NCBI GenBank assembly: GCA_018897195.1
Contig: JAHILH010000006.1
Location: 2,152-66,151, forward strand
Length of the DNA stretch: 64,000 nt
Reading direction: 5' to 3'
DNA from: Patescibacteria group bacterium
GTDB lineage: Bacteria > Patescibacteriota > Patescibacteriia > Patescibacteriales > UBA12075
Shown: positions 1 through 8,543 of the stretch, one piece after another
How positions within the stretch are numbered: position 1 is the first letter of the stretch
Layout of the letters: every line of letters starts with the position of its first letter
The notes under the pieces: generated by a model
Database searches by the model: none
What the model was told of the DNA's origin: nothing
Seen by the model: the letters and a program-made list of their open reading frames with translations, nothing else
Made by a program: the position numbers and the translations under genes

Positions 1-1
1 G

Positions 2-1360
2 CTCGGACAAGTCCCTGCCTTAGTGACTAATGATAATGGAGTAATTCGTCCAGGTGATTCTTTGACTTCCGCTTCATTAACCCCTGGCTTCCTAATGCGG
101 GCTAATCCTGGTGACTCCACTGTCGGTGTCGCCTTGGAAAGTTTTGATGCCAGCGCTGGCAAGATTAACGTTTTGATTTCACGTCGCAATAAAAGTTTAA
201 CCGTGGAAACAGTAGAAGCAGAAGTGTCAAAACGGATTGCCGATATGGCGATTGAAGATGATGTACGTGTAATGATTTCTGATTCTTTGAAATCTTTGGA
301 TGTAACTGATCAAATTAAGACGATAATTGCCAGTGAATTAAATATTTTTGATAGCCGTTTGACATTGAAGTTTGATGCAATGAGCGGACAACTCACTAGC
401 TTAGAAGATAAATATACCGACCTGGATACGCGACTAGTTCGCTTAGAAAACAATTTCAGTTTAATGAATGATGAGCTCGGTCAAGCGAGCACCACTATGG
501 CACGAATGCAGTCGGCTATAGATTTATTAAATGAAAACACAATCAGCTCTGTGGAAATCTTTGACCCGTTCCTAAATGCGAGCACGACCGTGGCGATTGC
601 GGATATTATTTCTAATCAAAACGTGGAAATTCTAAACTTGAAAAATAGAGTTGCTGAAAATACGGCTGGAATTACTGGATTAGAATCAAAGGTGATGAGC
701 ATTGAAGAGCGAATGGCTCTTTTGGAGGATGCAAATAAAACTACGGCAACTAATACAGCTGACGTTTTGTTGGCAGATCTGCCAACCTCTGACTCCATTT
801 TTGATATTGTAATTGCAAAACTAAATCTATTCGGTGTCTTTATCTCTGACAAGATTATCGGTGTCAAGAATCTGATTGCCGATATGATTGATACGCGTGA
901 AATCAAGATTACGCAGACGGAAGTAGCTACTGATAATATTATTGGTGGCGGATTTATTCCGGCCGGAGCAACCAGCACGGTGATTGTAAGTAGCAAGATT
1001 GCCACTAGTTCCAAAATATTTGTCACTTTCCGTAGCGATTATGGCTCACGTTGGTGGATTGGTGAGCAGGTGAGTGGCACGTCAACAATTGTAATTGCTG
1101 AACCATTAACGACTGATATTTATTTTGATTGGTGGGTGATTGGAGTTAATCCGATTATACCCCCAGTTGCCACAACAACGGAGGCGGTAATTCCCGATGT
1201 TAATGTAGATGATGCTATTGAAGCTATTATGGATACGGCAACCGCAACGACAACTGAAGCTACTGCTACCACAGAGATTGCGCCGGTTGATAATATTGCC
1301 ACGACTACGATAAGTAATTTAGTTGATAATACAGAAACAGTTGCAACGACCACGCCATAG
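2..1360 (+). CDS. C-terminal part of a large surface/fibre-like protein (5' end upstream of window)
   Basis: The frame is open from nt 2, with no stop before the GTG at 23 used by the ORF track, so the gene is probably truncated by the window edge. It has a coiled-coil-like stretch (SRLTLKFDAMSGQLTSLEDKYTDLDTRLVRLENNF) and a Thr/Ala-rich tail (TTTEATATTEIAPVDNIATTT). No family recognised. Confidence 0.5.
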   Translation, partial: LGQVPALVTNDNGVIRPGDSLTSASLTPGFLMRANPGDSTVGVALESFDASAGKINVLISRRNKSLTVETVEAEVSKRIADMAIEDDVRVMISDSLKSLDVTDQIKTIIASELNIFDSRLTLKFDAMSGQLTSLEDKYTDLDTRLVRLENNFSLMNDELGQASTTMARMQSAIDLLNENTISSVEIFDPFLNASTTVAIADIISNQNVEILNLKNRVAENTAGITGLESKVMSIEERMALLEDANKTTATNTADVLLADLPTSDSIFDIVIAKLNLFGVFISDKIIGVKNLIADMIDTREIKITQTEVATDNIIGGGFIPAGATSTVIVSSKIATSSKIFVTFRSDYGSRWWIGEQVSGTSTIVIAEPLTTDIYFDWWVIGVNPIIPPVATTTEAVIPDVNVDDAIEAIMDTATATTTEATATTEIAPVDNIATTTISNLVDNTETVATTTP

Positions 1361-1605
1361 TAAATAACTGTCATTATAAGACGATATTAAAATCATAATA
1401 TTGTTCTTGTGTGGTATTTATATAAAAAAAATAAAGCTCGCCTTGGCTAGAACTGTGGCGTGGCAAAACAAATCAAAATAAAAAATCAAAAATAAAAAAA
1501 AGATAATCTATCTTTATCCCTCCTTCGCAGGATGATGAAGTAGACCCACCTTCGCTAGGCTACGGCGCGGCGATGTAAAACAAAAAAAACTTAATAAAAA
1601 AAATA

Positions 1606-1636
1606 CAAAAGCCCCGAAAAGGGGTTTTTGTATTTT
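1606..1636 (+). terminator. Rho-independent terminator candidate
   Basis: aaaagCCCCgaaaaGGGGtttttgtatttttt. The GC stem is short but the T-run is long. Confidence 0.5.
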
Positions 1637-1665
1637 TTGACATTTGTCCTAATTTTTATTATAGT
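1637..1665 (+). promoter_or_regulatory. Sigma-70-type promoter TTGACA-17-TATAGT
   Basis: TTGACA at 1637-1642, a 17-nt spacer and TATAGT at 1660-1665, 36 nt upstream of the start at 1701. Confidence 0.65.
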
Positions 1666-1700
1666 ATAAAGGTAATTAAGCGCAAATTTATAGTAATTTT

Positions 1701-2960
1701 ATGTTTAAGAAAATAATTCTCACAATTATAGTTTTAGCCGGTTTCTGGGGCGCAAATGCTCAGGCGGTGGAAAACAAAAAAATCGATCTTTACTTCTTTT
1801 ATGGACAAGGATGCCCCCATTGTGCTAAGGAGGAAATTTTTTTGGCGAAATTGGAAGAGACCAAAAGTAATCTCGTTATTCATCGCTATGAAGTTTGGTA
1901 TAACAAGGATAATGCGGATTTATTAGCCAAGGTTGCCAAAAGTATTAACTTGAATGTTTCCGGAGTGCCGATTCTCTTCGTGGGGACGGAAAATGTGGTT
2001 GGTTATGGCGGTGATGAGTCAACCGGTAAAGATATTTTGAAGACAATTAAATATTACGAAGATTATGGTTGCACGGATATTATTGCGCCGATAATAGGCA
2101 ATGTTGTTAATGAAAAGACGGATTGTATTCATGATTGTGCCGGCGGACCGGATTGTCCTCATAATTGTGGTTGTAGCGCCAAGACCAATGAAGACACAAG
2201 CGCTACCAAGGTGCCAGAAGCCATTAAAGTTCCTTTTATTGGCGAGATAAAGATAGCATCTGTCTCATTGCCGGTTTTAACAATTATGATTGCGGCTGTT
2301 GATGGATTTAATCCGTGTGCAATGTGGGTGTTGATATTTTTAATTTCACTTTTACTGAAAATGGAAAATCGCAGACGGATGTGGATTTTGGGTGCTGCTT
2401 TTATCGGAGCCAGTGGAGCGGTTTATTTCCTTTTCTTATCGGCTTGGTTGAACTTGTTTATTTTTATTGGATATGTTTTCTGGATTCGATTGTTGATCGC
2501 CTTGGTAGCCTTAGGCAGTGGCGGTTACCATTTATATGATTTTTGGAAAAATCGTAATGGCGGCTGCATTGTTGAGGGTGGCGAAAAAAGACGCGCAGTT
2601 TTTGAGAGGATTAGGCACATCATTAGCGAACGTCATTTTTATTTAGCTTTGGGCGGAATTATGCTTTTGGCGGTTGCGGTCAATATGGTGGAGCTGGTTT
2701 GCAGCATCGGCTTGCCAGCTGTCTATACGCAAGTCTTGGCCTTATCCAATCTACCGAGCTGGCAATATTATTCCTATCTATTCTTGTATATTATAATTTT
2801 CATGTTAGATGATATGATAATTTTTGTGCTTGCCATGAAGACTTTAAAAATAAAAGCAATCAGTTCCAAATATAGCCGTTGGTCAGGATTAATCGGGGGA
2901 ATCGTGATGTTTATTATTGGCGTGTTGTTGATTTTTAAACCAGGATGGCTAATGTTCTAA
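1701..2960 (+). CDS. Thiol:disulfide oxidoreductase fusion: extracytoplasmic thioredoxin/DsbA-like domain (CPHC) plus CcdA/DsbD-like polytopic membrane domain
   Basis: N-terminal signal/anchor (ILTIIVLAGFWGANAQA), then YFFYGQGCPHCAKEE (CPHC). A Cys-rich linker follows (DCIHDCAGGPDCPHNCGC). The last ~235 aa contain about six hydrophobic helices, with one Cys in each half (GFNPCAMWVL ... VELVCSIGLPAV). Confidence 0.55.
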   Translation: MFKKIILTIIVLAGFWGANAQAVENKKIDLYFFYGQGCPHCAKEEIFLAKLEETKSNLVIHRYEVWYNKDNADLLAKVAKSINLNVSGVPILFVGTENVVGYGGDESTGKDILKTIKYYEDYGCTDIIAPIIGNVVNEKTDCIHDCAGGPDCPHNCGCSAKTNEDTSATKVPEAIKVPFIGEIKIASVSLPVLTIMIAAVDGFNPCAMWVLIFLISLLLKMENRRRMWILGAAFIGASGAVYFLFLSAWLNLFIFIGYVFWIRLLIALVALGSGGYHLYDFWKNRNGGCIVEGGEKRRAVFERIRHIISERHFYLALGGIMLLAVAVNMVELVCSIGLPAVYTQVLALSNLPSWQYYSYLFLYIIIFMLDDMIIFVLAMKTLKIKAISSKYSRWSGLIGGIVMFIIGVLLIFKPGWLMF

Positions 2961-2967
2961 CGAACAT

Positions 2968-2998
2968 AATTACGAATTATTAATTACGAATTACGAAT
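2968..2998. repeat. Short tandem repeat of ATTACGAA(T)
   Basis: aattacgaatt att aattacgaattacgaat: three copies of the 8-mer in the gap after the stop at 2960. Confidence 0.6.
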
Positions 2999-3007
2999 GT
3001 TTATATA

Positions 3008-3045
3008 CTCCCTCGCCCCGCGGGAGAGGGCTGGGGTGAGGGGAG
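3008..3045. repeat. GC-rich palindromic intergenic element, divergent copy (CTCCCTCGCCCCGCGGGAGAGGGCTGGGGTGAGGGG)
   Basis: It shares the 3' half GGGAGAGGG(C/T)TGGGGTGAGG with the copies at 34396 and 37894, and ends 8 nt before the start at 3053. Confidence 0.6.
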
Positions 3046-3052
3046 AAATGTC

Positions 3053-4168
3053 ATGAATTATATGTTCAGAAAAATCTTATTAATTTCCATATTAATCTTA
3101 ACACCTTTTTTAGCATCAGCGGAAGGCTTGGAAACGAGCGGGACTACTGATGTCATTTTTAAGGCGCGTGTGACGGAGATTTTACAAGATCAAAATACGA
3201 CATTGCCAGATGGAATAGTCGTGCGTCAGCAAAACGTAAAGTTAAAAGGCTTGAATGGTGATTTTGTGAATAAGGAAGTTGTTTTTACCGGCATTGGTGA
3301 TTTTGATGCAGTTAACAAGAATATTTATGAAGTCGGCGACAAGGTTTTAGCAGTGGCAAGTTATGACGCGGAAAATAATGTTAATTATTACATTACTGAC
3401 TATGTGCGTAATGATGCGCTCAATTGGCTTTTTGGTCTTTTCGTCTTGACGCTACTATTGGTTGGTCGCTGGAAAGGCCTGCGTTCAATAATTTCGCTGG
3501 TCTTATCTTTTTTGGTTATAATTAAATATATAATTCCGCAAATTTTAGATGGTGCCGATCCGATTATTGTGACGCTGATTGGCTCCTTGGTAATTTTATT
3601 AGCGGTTATATATTTTACCGAGGGTTTTAATAAGGTTTCACACATTGCGACCGTGAGTATGTTGTTGAGTCTCTCGTTCGCGATTTTTTTGTCCTGGTTT
3701 TTTGTGGAAGCGGTAAAATTATCCGGTTTTGCGAGTGAGGAAATGTCCTTCTTGGTAACCTTAAGCAGTGGGACAATAAATTTTAAAGGCTTACTTTTGG
3801 CCGGAATTATTATCGGTTTTCTGGGCGTGTTGGACGATGTAGTGATTTCGCAAATTGCGACCGTGGAGCAATTACTGGAAACTGATCCAATGCAAAGTCG
3901 TAAAGCATTATTTAAAAAAGCTCATAAGGTTGGCATCGCGCATATTAGTTCCATGACTAACACTTTATTTCTAGCTTATGCCGGCGCATCTTTACCTTTA
4001 TTGGTTTTGTTCTCCTCGGGACAAAGTGCGTTTACATCTTTTGCCGATATTATTAATAATGAATCGATTGCAGAGGAAATCGTGAGAACCTTAACTGGTA
4101 GCGTGGGCTTGATTTTGGCTGTGCCGATTTCCACTTGGATTGCGGTGCGCTGGTTGTCGAAACGCTAA
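3053..4168 (+). CDS. YibE/F family membrane protein
   Basis: Signal peptide, a soluble N-terminal domain, then a polytopic region with YibE/F-like strings (GRWKGLRSIISL, GVLDDVVISQIATVEQL, HISSMTNTLFLAYAGASLPLLVLF). Confidence 0.65.
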   Translation: MNYMFRKILLISILILTPFLASAEGLETSGTTDVIFKARVTEILQDQNTTLPDGIVVRQQNVKLKGLNGDFVNKEVVFTGIGDFDAVNKNIYEVGDKVLAVASYDAENNVNYYITDYVRNDALNWLFGLFVLTLLLVGRWKGLRSIISLVLSFLVIIKYIIPQILDGADPIIVTLIGSLVILLAVIYFTEGFNKVSHIATVSMLLSLSFAIFLSWFFVEAVKLSGFASEEMSFLVTLSSGTINFKGLLLAGIIIGFLGVLDDVVISQIATVEQLLETDPMQSRKALFKKAHKVGIAHISSMTNTLFLAYAGASLPLLVLFSSGQSAFTSFADIINNESIAEEIVRTLTGSVGLILAVPISTWIAVRWLSKR

Positions 4169-4172
4169 TATT

Positions 4173-5903
4173 ATGATTGATAAAAAAAATCAAACTTCAA
4201 ATAAGAAAAAGGCAAATATTTTTGACTTATTAAAGCCGTACACCTGGTCAATCGGTAGCTTGGTGGTTTTGGCGGTAACGAGCAGTGGCCTGGGTTTAGT
4301 TTTGCCAAAAATAATCGCGCACTCCATTGACTCTTATATTCACCACATTTTTGTTTTAAAGACATTGATTCTTCAATTTGGTCTGATCTCAATAGCTATT
4401 TTTGTAGCGACTTATTTACAGAGCATAGTTCAGACATATGCCTCAGAACGAGTGGCGCTAGATTTACGGCGTCAGCTGACGGACAAGATTTCTCGTCAAA
4501 GTCATGCCTTTATTGAGGGGGTGACTCAGGCTAAGCTCTTGACCAATTTAATGACCGATGTCGATGCAATTAAAATGTTTGTCTCAATGGCTATTGTTTC
4601 CTTGGTCTCATCGGTGATTATTGTAATCGGAGCTAGTATTTTATTACTGACCATTGATTGGGAGTTGGCCTTGGCAGTTTTGGTAATCATACCTATTATT
4701 GCTTTTATGTTCTACTTTATTTTTAGTCGTGTTAAGTTGTTAATGAAACAAAGAAGTGAGGTGATTGACTGGTTGAATAAGGTTATTAATGAAAGTATCT
4801 TGGGGGCAACCTTGATTCGTGTTTTAAATTCCCAGCAACCGGAGTATGAAAAGTTTGTTGCCGCTAATGCGCAAGCACAAAGTGTCGGTATTAAAATCTT
4901 GAGAATGTTCGCGAGCATGATGCCTGTAATTACCTTTGTTGGTAATATGGCGATGTTGATTATTCTCTCCCTGGGTGGACATTTTGTAATCACGAACGCC
5001 ATGACACTGGGAGACTTTACCGCCTTTAATAGTTACATTGCTTTGCTAATTTTTCCTGTGTTAATTATTGGGATGATGAGTAATGCTATTGCTCAAGCGA
5101 CGGCATCATATGAACGTATTGCCGAGGTGTTAGAGTCAGAAGAAGAACCAAGGACTGGAACGCTAACAACGCGCTTGCGTGGCGATGTTGAGGTGAAGGA
5201 TGTGGTGATTAAGCATGGCGATAAAGCGACTTTAAAAAATGTTTCTTTTTTGGCTCAAGCAGGTAGTCGCACGGCTATTATTGGACCAACGGCTGCGGGT
5301 AAGACCTTATTGCTTTATTCCTTGATTGGCCTGGTTAAACCAGATGCCGGCATGATTGAATATGACCAGCGCGTTATCAGTGATTATGACGCGGAGGCCT
5401 TGCATCAGCAAATCGGTTTTGTTTTTCAGGACAGTATTATTTTTAATTTAACTTTGCGCGAAAATATCGCGTTTAGCGATACGGTCAAAGATGCTGACTT
5501 GCAAAAAGCCTTGGACGCGGCCGAACTTAAGGATTTTGTTGATGCTTTACCGCAAGGCTTAGATACCATGGTGTCCGAGCGTGGCTCCTCTTTGTCTGGC
5601 GGTCAGAAGCAACGCATCATGTTGGCGAGGGCTTTGGCGCTCAATCCGCGCGTCTTGCTTTTGGATGATTTTACGGCCCGTGTTGATAATCGCACTGAAC
5701 AAAAGATTTTGGAAAATATTATTCATAATTATCCCGACTTAACCTTAATTTCGGTGACGCAAAAAATTAGTTCGATTGAAAAATACGACCAAATAATTTT
5801 ATTAATGGAGGGGGAGGTGATTGCAGCCGGACTGCACGATGATTTATTGAAAAATTGTCCGGAATACGTGCAGATTTATAATTCACAACAGAGCACCGAA
5901 TAG
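4173..5903 (+). CDS. ABC exporter, fused permease/ATPase subunit A (degenerate catalytic site)
   Basis: Six-helix TMD followed by an NBD: Walker A GPTAAGKTLL, signature LSGGQKQR, Walker B VLLLDDF (Asp where the catalytic Glu is expected). I prefer the ATG at 4173 (MIDKKNQ), 5 nt after the upstream stop, over the overlapping TTG at 4140 in the track. Confidence 0.85.
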   Translation: MIDKKNQTSNKKKANIFDLLKPYTWSIGSLVVLAVTSSGLGLVLPKIIAHSIDSYIHHIFVLKTLILQFGLISIAIFVATYLQSIVQTYASERVALDLRRQLTDKISRQSHAFIEGVTQAKLLTNLMTDVDAIKMFVSMAIVSLVSSVIIVIGASILLLTIDWELALAVLVIIPIIAFMFYFIFSRVKLLMKQRSEVIDWLNKVINESILGATLIRVLNSQQPEYEKFVAANAQAQSVGIKILRMFASMMPVITFVGNMAMLIILSLGGHFVITNAMTLGDFTAFNSYIALLIFPVLIIGMMSNAIAQATASYERIAEVLESEEEPRTGTLTTRLRGDVEVKDVVIKHGDKATLKNVSFLAQAGSRTAIIGPTAAGKTLLLYSLIGLVKPDAGMIEYDQRVISDYDAEALHQQIGFVFQDSIIFNLTLRENIAFSDTVKDADLQKALDAAELKDFVDALPQGLDTMVSERGSSLSGGQKQRIMLARALALNPRVLLLDDFTARVDNRTEQKILENIIHNYPDLTLISVTQKISSIEKYDQIILLMEGEVIAAGLHDDLLKNCPEYVQIYNSQQSTE

Positions 5904-5907
5904 GATT

Positions 5908-7674
5908 ATGAACAATTATGCCTTAAACAAACCGGATAGCCGGAAAAAGAAAGTTAATATTTGGCGCTCCTTGCAAAGGTTCACGCCTTTTCTGGTTGGT
6001 GAAAAAAAGAGATTACTGCTAGCGATGTTAGCGGTGTTTATTAACGCCGGTCTGAATTTACTAGCGCCGGTTTTGATTGGTCACACTGTCGATGCTTATA
6101 TTTTAACTAAGCAATATTCCGGCGTCTTAACGTTCTCAATTATTTTACTGACGATGTATGTTGTGGCCCTGATTGCCAATTATTTTCAAACAATGTTTAT
6201 GGGCACAGTGGGCCAGCATCTTTTGTTTAATTTGCGTAATGCTATTTTTAGCAAGATTCAATCTTTGCCGGTCGCCTTTTTTAATCAGAATAAGGCGGGT
6301 GATTTAATTTCGCGTATCAATAATGATACAGATAAGTTGAATCAATTTTTTTCCCAAAGTATTCATCAATTCATTGCCAACGTCATCACCATCATCGGGG
6401 CCGGTATTTTTATTGTCACGATTAATTGGCGTCTTGGTTTGGCGACACTGGCCCCAGCCTTATTGTTATTAATTTTTACCAGGATAATTTCGCCGTGGAT
6501 TAAGCGTACGAACGCTGCTAATCTGAAAACTATTGGCGGCTTGAGCGCAGAAATTTCTGAGAGCCTGGACAATTTCAAAGTTATTGTCGCTTTTAATCGT
6601 CGCGATTATTTCCGTCGCAAATTTCACATCGCCAACGAGACTAATTACCACAGTGCGATTAGCGTGGGCATTGCCAATAACACACTAACGCCAGCCTACG
6701 GCTTGGCTTCTAATTTGGCGCAAATCATTGTGATTGGTTATGGCTTATATTTGATTTCGATTGGTAGTTTTACTTTGGGAATTTTAATTAGTTTTTTGAC
6801 CTATGTTAGTCGCTTCTATGATCCACTTAAGCAAATGGCAACGATTTGGTCTAATTTTCAGACTGCCTTGGCGGGTTGGGATCGCATCAATGATATTTTA
6901 TCTTTGCGTTCTGATTTGTCAGTTACACCAGTAATAGAGAGAGGGTTGCAGTCAGATGCCTTGCTGGAATTTCGTAACGTCAGTTTCCGATATGCGCCCG
7001 ACAAAGAAGTTTTGCGCCAGATTAACTTCAGGCTCGAGCCAGGTAAGACTTACGCCTTAGTTGGTCCGACTGGCGGTGGTAAAACAACAACGGCCTCCTT
7101 GATTGCCCGTCTTTATGATCCGAGCGAGGGCACGATTTTCTTGCACGGCCAAGATCTGCATTCCTATGAGACGCGAGACCGAGTTCAGCGGATTGGCTTT
7201 ATTCTGCAAGAACCGTTCTTGTTTACTGGCACGATTCGTGATAATATTTTATATGGCAATGATAAGTATAAAAATTATAACAATGAGCAATTGGCAACTA
7301 TTATTAAAGAGGCTGGTTTGGAAACTTTGTTAATTCGCTTTGATGAAGGCTTGGAAACAAAAATTGCGACCAATGGTGGCACCTTGAGTCTGGGCCAAAA
7401 ACAGCTAGTCGCTTTTATTCGCGCCGTTCTGCGCAATCCCGACATCTTGATTCTTGACGAAGCGACTGCTAATATAGATACAGTCACTGAGCAATTACTT
7501 GAAGAGATTCTGGACAAATTGCCAGCTAAAACTACCAAAGTTATTATCGCGCACCGTCTCAATACAATTGCCAACGCTGATGAGATATTTTTTGTAAATG
7601 GCGGTGATGTTATTTGCGCCGGCTCCATGGCCAATGCCCTGGATATGCTTTTGCATGAGAAGCGAGCAAGCTAA
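5908..7674 (+). CDS. ABC exporter, fused permease/ATPase subunit B (canonical Walker B, non-canonical signature)
   Basis: Walker A GPTGGGKTTT, signature LSLGQKQL (not LSGGQ), Walker B ILILDEAT, H-loop IIAHRL. Starts 4 nt after subunit A. Confidence 0.85.
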   Translation: MNNYALNKPDSRKKKVNIWRSLQRFTPFLVGEKKRLLLAMLAVFINAGLNLLAPVLIGHTVDAYILTKQYSGVLTFSIILLTMYVVALIANYFQTMFMGTVGQHLLFNLRNAIFSKIQSLPVAFFNQNKAGDLISRINNDTDKLNQFFSQSIHQFIANVITIIGAGIFIVTINWRLGLATLAPALLLLIFTRIISPWIKRTNAANLKTIGGLSAEISESLDNFKVIVAFNRRDYFRRKFHIANETNYHSAISVGIANNTLTPAYGLASNLAQIIVIGYGLYLISIGSFTLGILISFLTYVSRFYDPLKQMATIWSNFQTALAGWDRINDILSLRSDLSVTPVIERGLQSDALLEFRNVSFRYAPDKEVLRQINFRLEPGKTYALVGPTGGGKTTTASLIARLYDPSEGTIFLHGQDLHSYETRDRVQRIGFILQEPFLFTGTIRDNILYGNDKYKNYNNEQLATIIKEAGLETLLIRFDEGLETKIATNGGTLSLGQKQLVAFIRAVLRNPDILILDEATANIDTVTEQLLEEILDKLPAKTTKVIIAHRLNTIANADEIFFVNGGDVICAGSMANALDMLLHEKRAS

Positions 7675-7701
7675 GTTTTTTTATTTGTAATTAAAATATT
7701 T

Positions 7702-8484
7702 ATGTTAACCAGTAAAGACAATCAAAAAATAAAAGATATTATTAAGTTGAGAAAATCAGCTAAACGAAAAAAAGACGACTTGATTATCGTCGAAGGTCGC
7801 AAGGAGATTGGCTTGGCCTTGAAATCTGGCTTGAAACCAGAGCAATTATTTTATTCCTTAGAATTTGAAAAAGAAGCGCGCTTTCCTGATTGGAATGTGG
7901 CAAGCTTCACTGAGGTAATTGAAGTTTCTCAAGATATTTTTGCTAAAATTGCTTTTCGGGAGACGCCTGATGGTTATCTGGCGACCTTTAAGCCTCTTAG
8001 ACTGGGTTTGAGTGAGGTGAAGTTGTCAGTAAGCCCCTTTGTGGTTATTTTGGAGTCGATTGAGAAGCCAGGCAATTTGGGGGCTATTTTGCGTACCTGT
8101 GATGCCGCTGGTGTAGATGCTGTTATTGTAGCGGATCAACGCACGGATATATATAATCCCAATGTAATTCGATCAAGCTTGGGTACGGTATTTACGGAAC
8201 AAATCGTTTCAGACACTTTTGAAAATATTATCGAATGGCTAGAGTTGCACAAAATAAAAACCTTTGCAGCAACGCCAGACACCAAGTTGTTGTTCACTGA
8301 GGCTGATTATAATGAACCGACCGCCATCCTAATCGGTACCGAGCATGAAGGCTTGTCTGCTAAGTGGCTAGAAATGGCTAATTATAAAATAAAAATTCCC
8401 ATGAAAGGGAAAATGGACTCACTTAATGCCAGCGTTTCAGCTGGAGTAGTAATTTACGAAGTTGTGCGTCAGCGTGGGTTGTAA
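7702..8484 (+). CDS. TrmH/SpoU family RNA 2'-O-methyltransferase
   Basis: SpoU motifs NLGAILRTCDAAGV, LIGTEHEGLS and IPMKGKMDSLNASVSAGVVIYE. Confidence 0.8.
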   Translation: MLTSKDNQKIKDIIKLRKSAKRKKDDLIIVEGRKEIGLALKSGLKPEQLFYSLEFEKEARFPDWNVASFTEVIEVSQDIFAKIAFRETPDGYLATFKPLRLGLSEVKLSVSPFVVILESIEKPGNLGAILRTCDAAGVDAVIVADQRTDIYNPNVIRSSLGTVFTEQIVSDTFENIIEWLELHKIKTFAATPDTKLLFTEADYNEPTAILIGTEHEGLSAKWLEMANYKIKIPMKGKMDSLNASVSAGVVIYEVVRQRGL

Positions 8485-8489
8485 AAATT

Positions 8490-8518
8490 TTGGCTTAAAA
8501 CTATATTTGTGGTATAAT
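8490..8518 (+). promoter_or_regulatory. Extended -10 promoter TTGGCT-17-(TGg)TATAAT
   Basis: TTGGCT 8490-8495, TG 8510-8511, TATAAT 8513-8518; 26 nt upstream of the start at 8544. Confidence 0.6.
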
Positions 8519-8543
8519 AAGGTTATTAAATATAGTTTTCCCC

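Noticed and set aside
616-1374. Minus-strand ORFs 616-1026 and 1120-1374
   Set aside because: They are antisense to the longer + frame, which has coherent coiled-coil and Thr-rich structure. Their products are hydrophobic low-complexity mirrors with no start context.
1434-1580. GC-rich patches in AT-rich spacers (1434-1470, 1521-1575, 59896-59917, 61195-61232; e.g. CCACCTTCGCTAGGCTACGGCGCGGCG and CCTTCGCCACGCCGTAGC) considered as tRNA or small-RNA genes
   Set aside because: I could not fold any of them into a cloverleaf or find conserved tRNA boxes. They look like decayed copies of GC-rich repeat families. tRNAscan/Infernal should confirm.
2315-2539. Same-strand internal ORFs 2315-2539, 57376-57642, 43148-43390, 46289-46471 and 47411-47608
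   Set aside because: They are out-of-frame ORFs nested in long, well-structured genes. No independent signals support them.
4140-4172. TTG start codons proposed by the track at 4140, 14549, 56350 and 60069
   Set aside because: In each case an ATG lies 12-33 nt downstream and gives a sensible N-terminus (MIDKKNQ, MARKYEE, MKSMNKQ, MQKTKTRRF). For 4140, the ATG also removes an overlap with the preceding gene. This is not proven.
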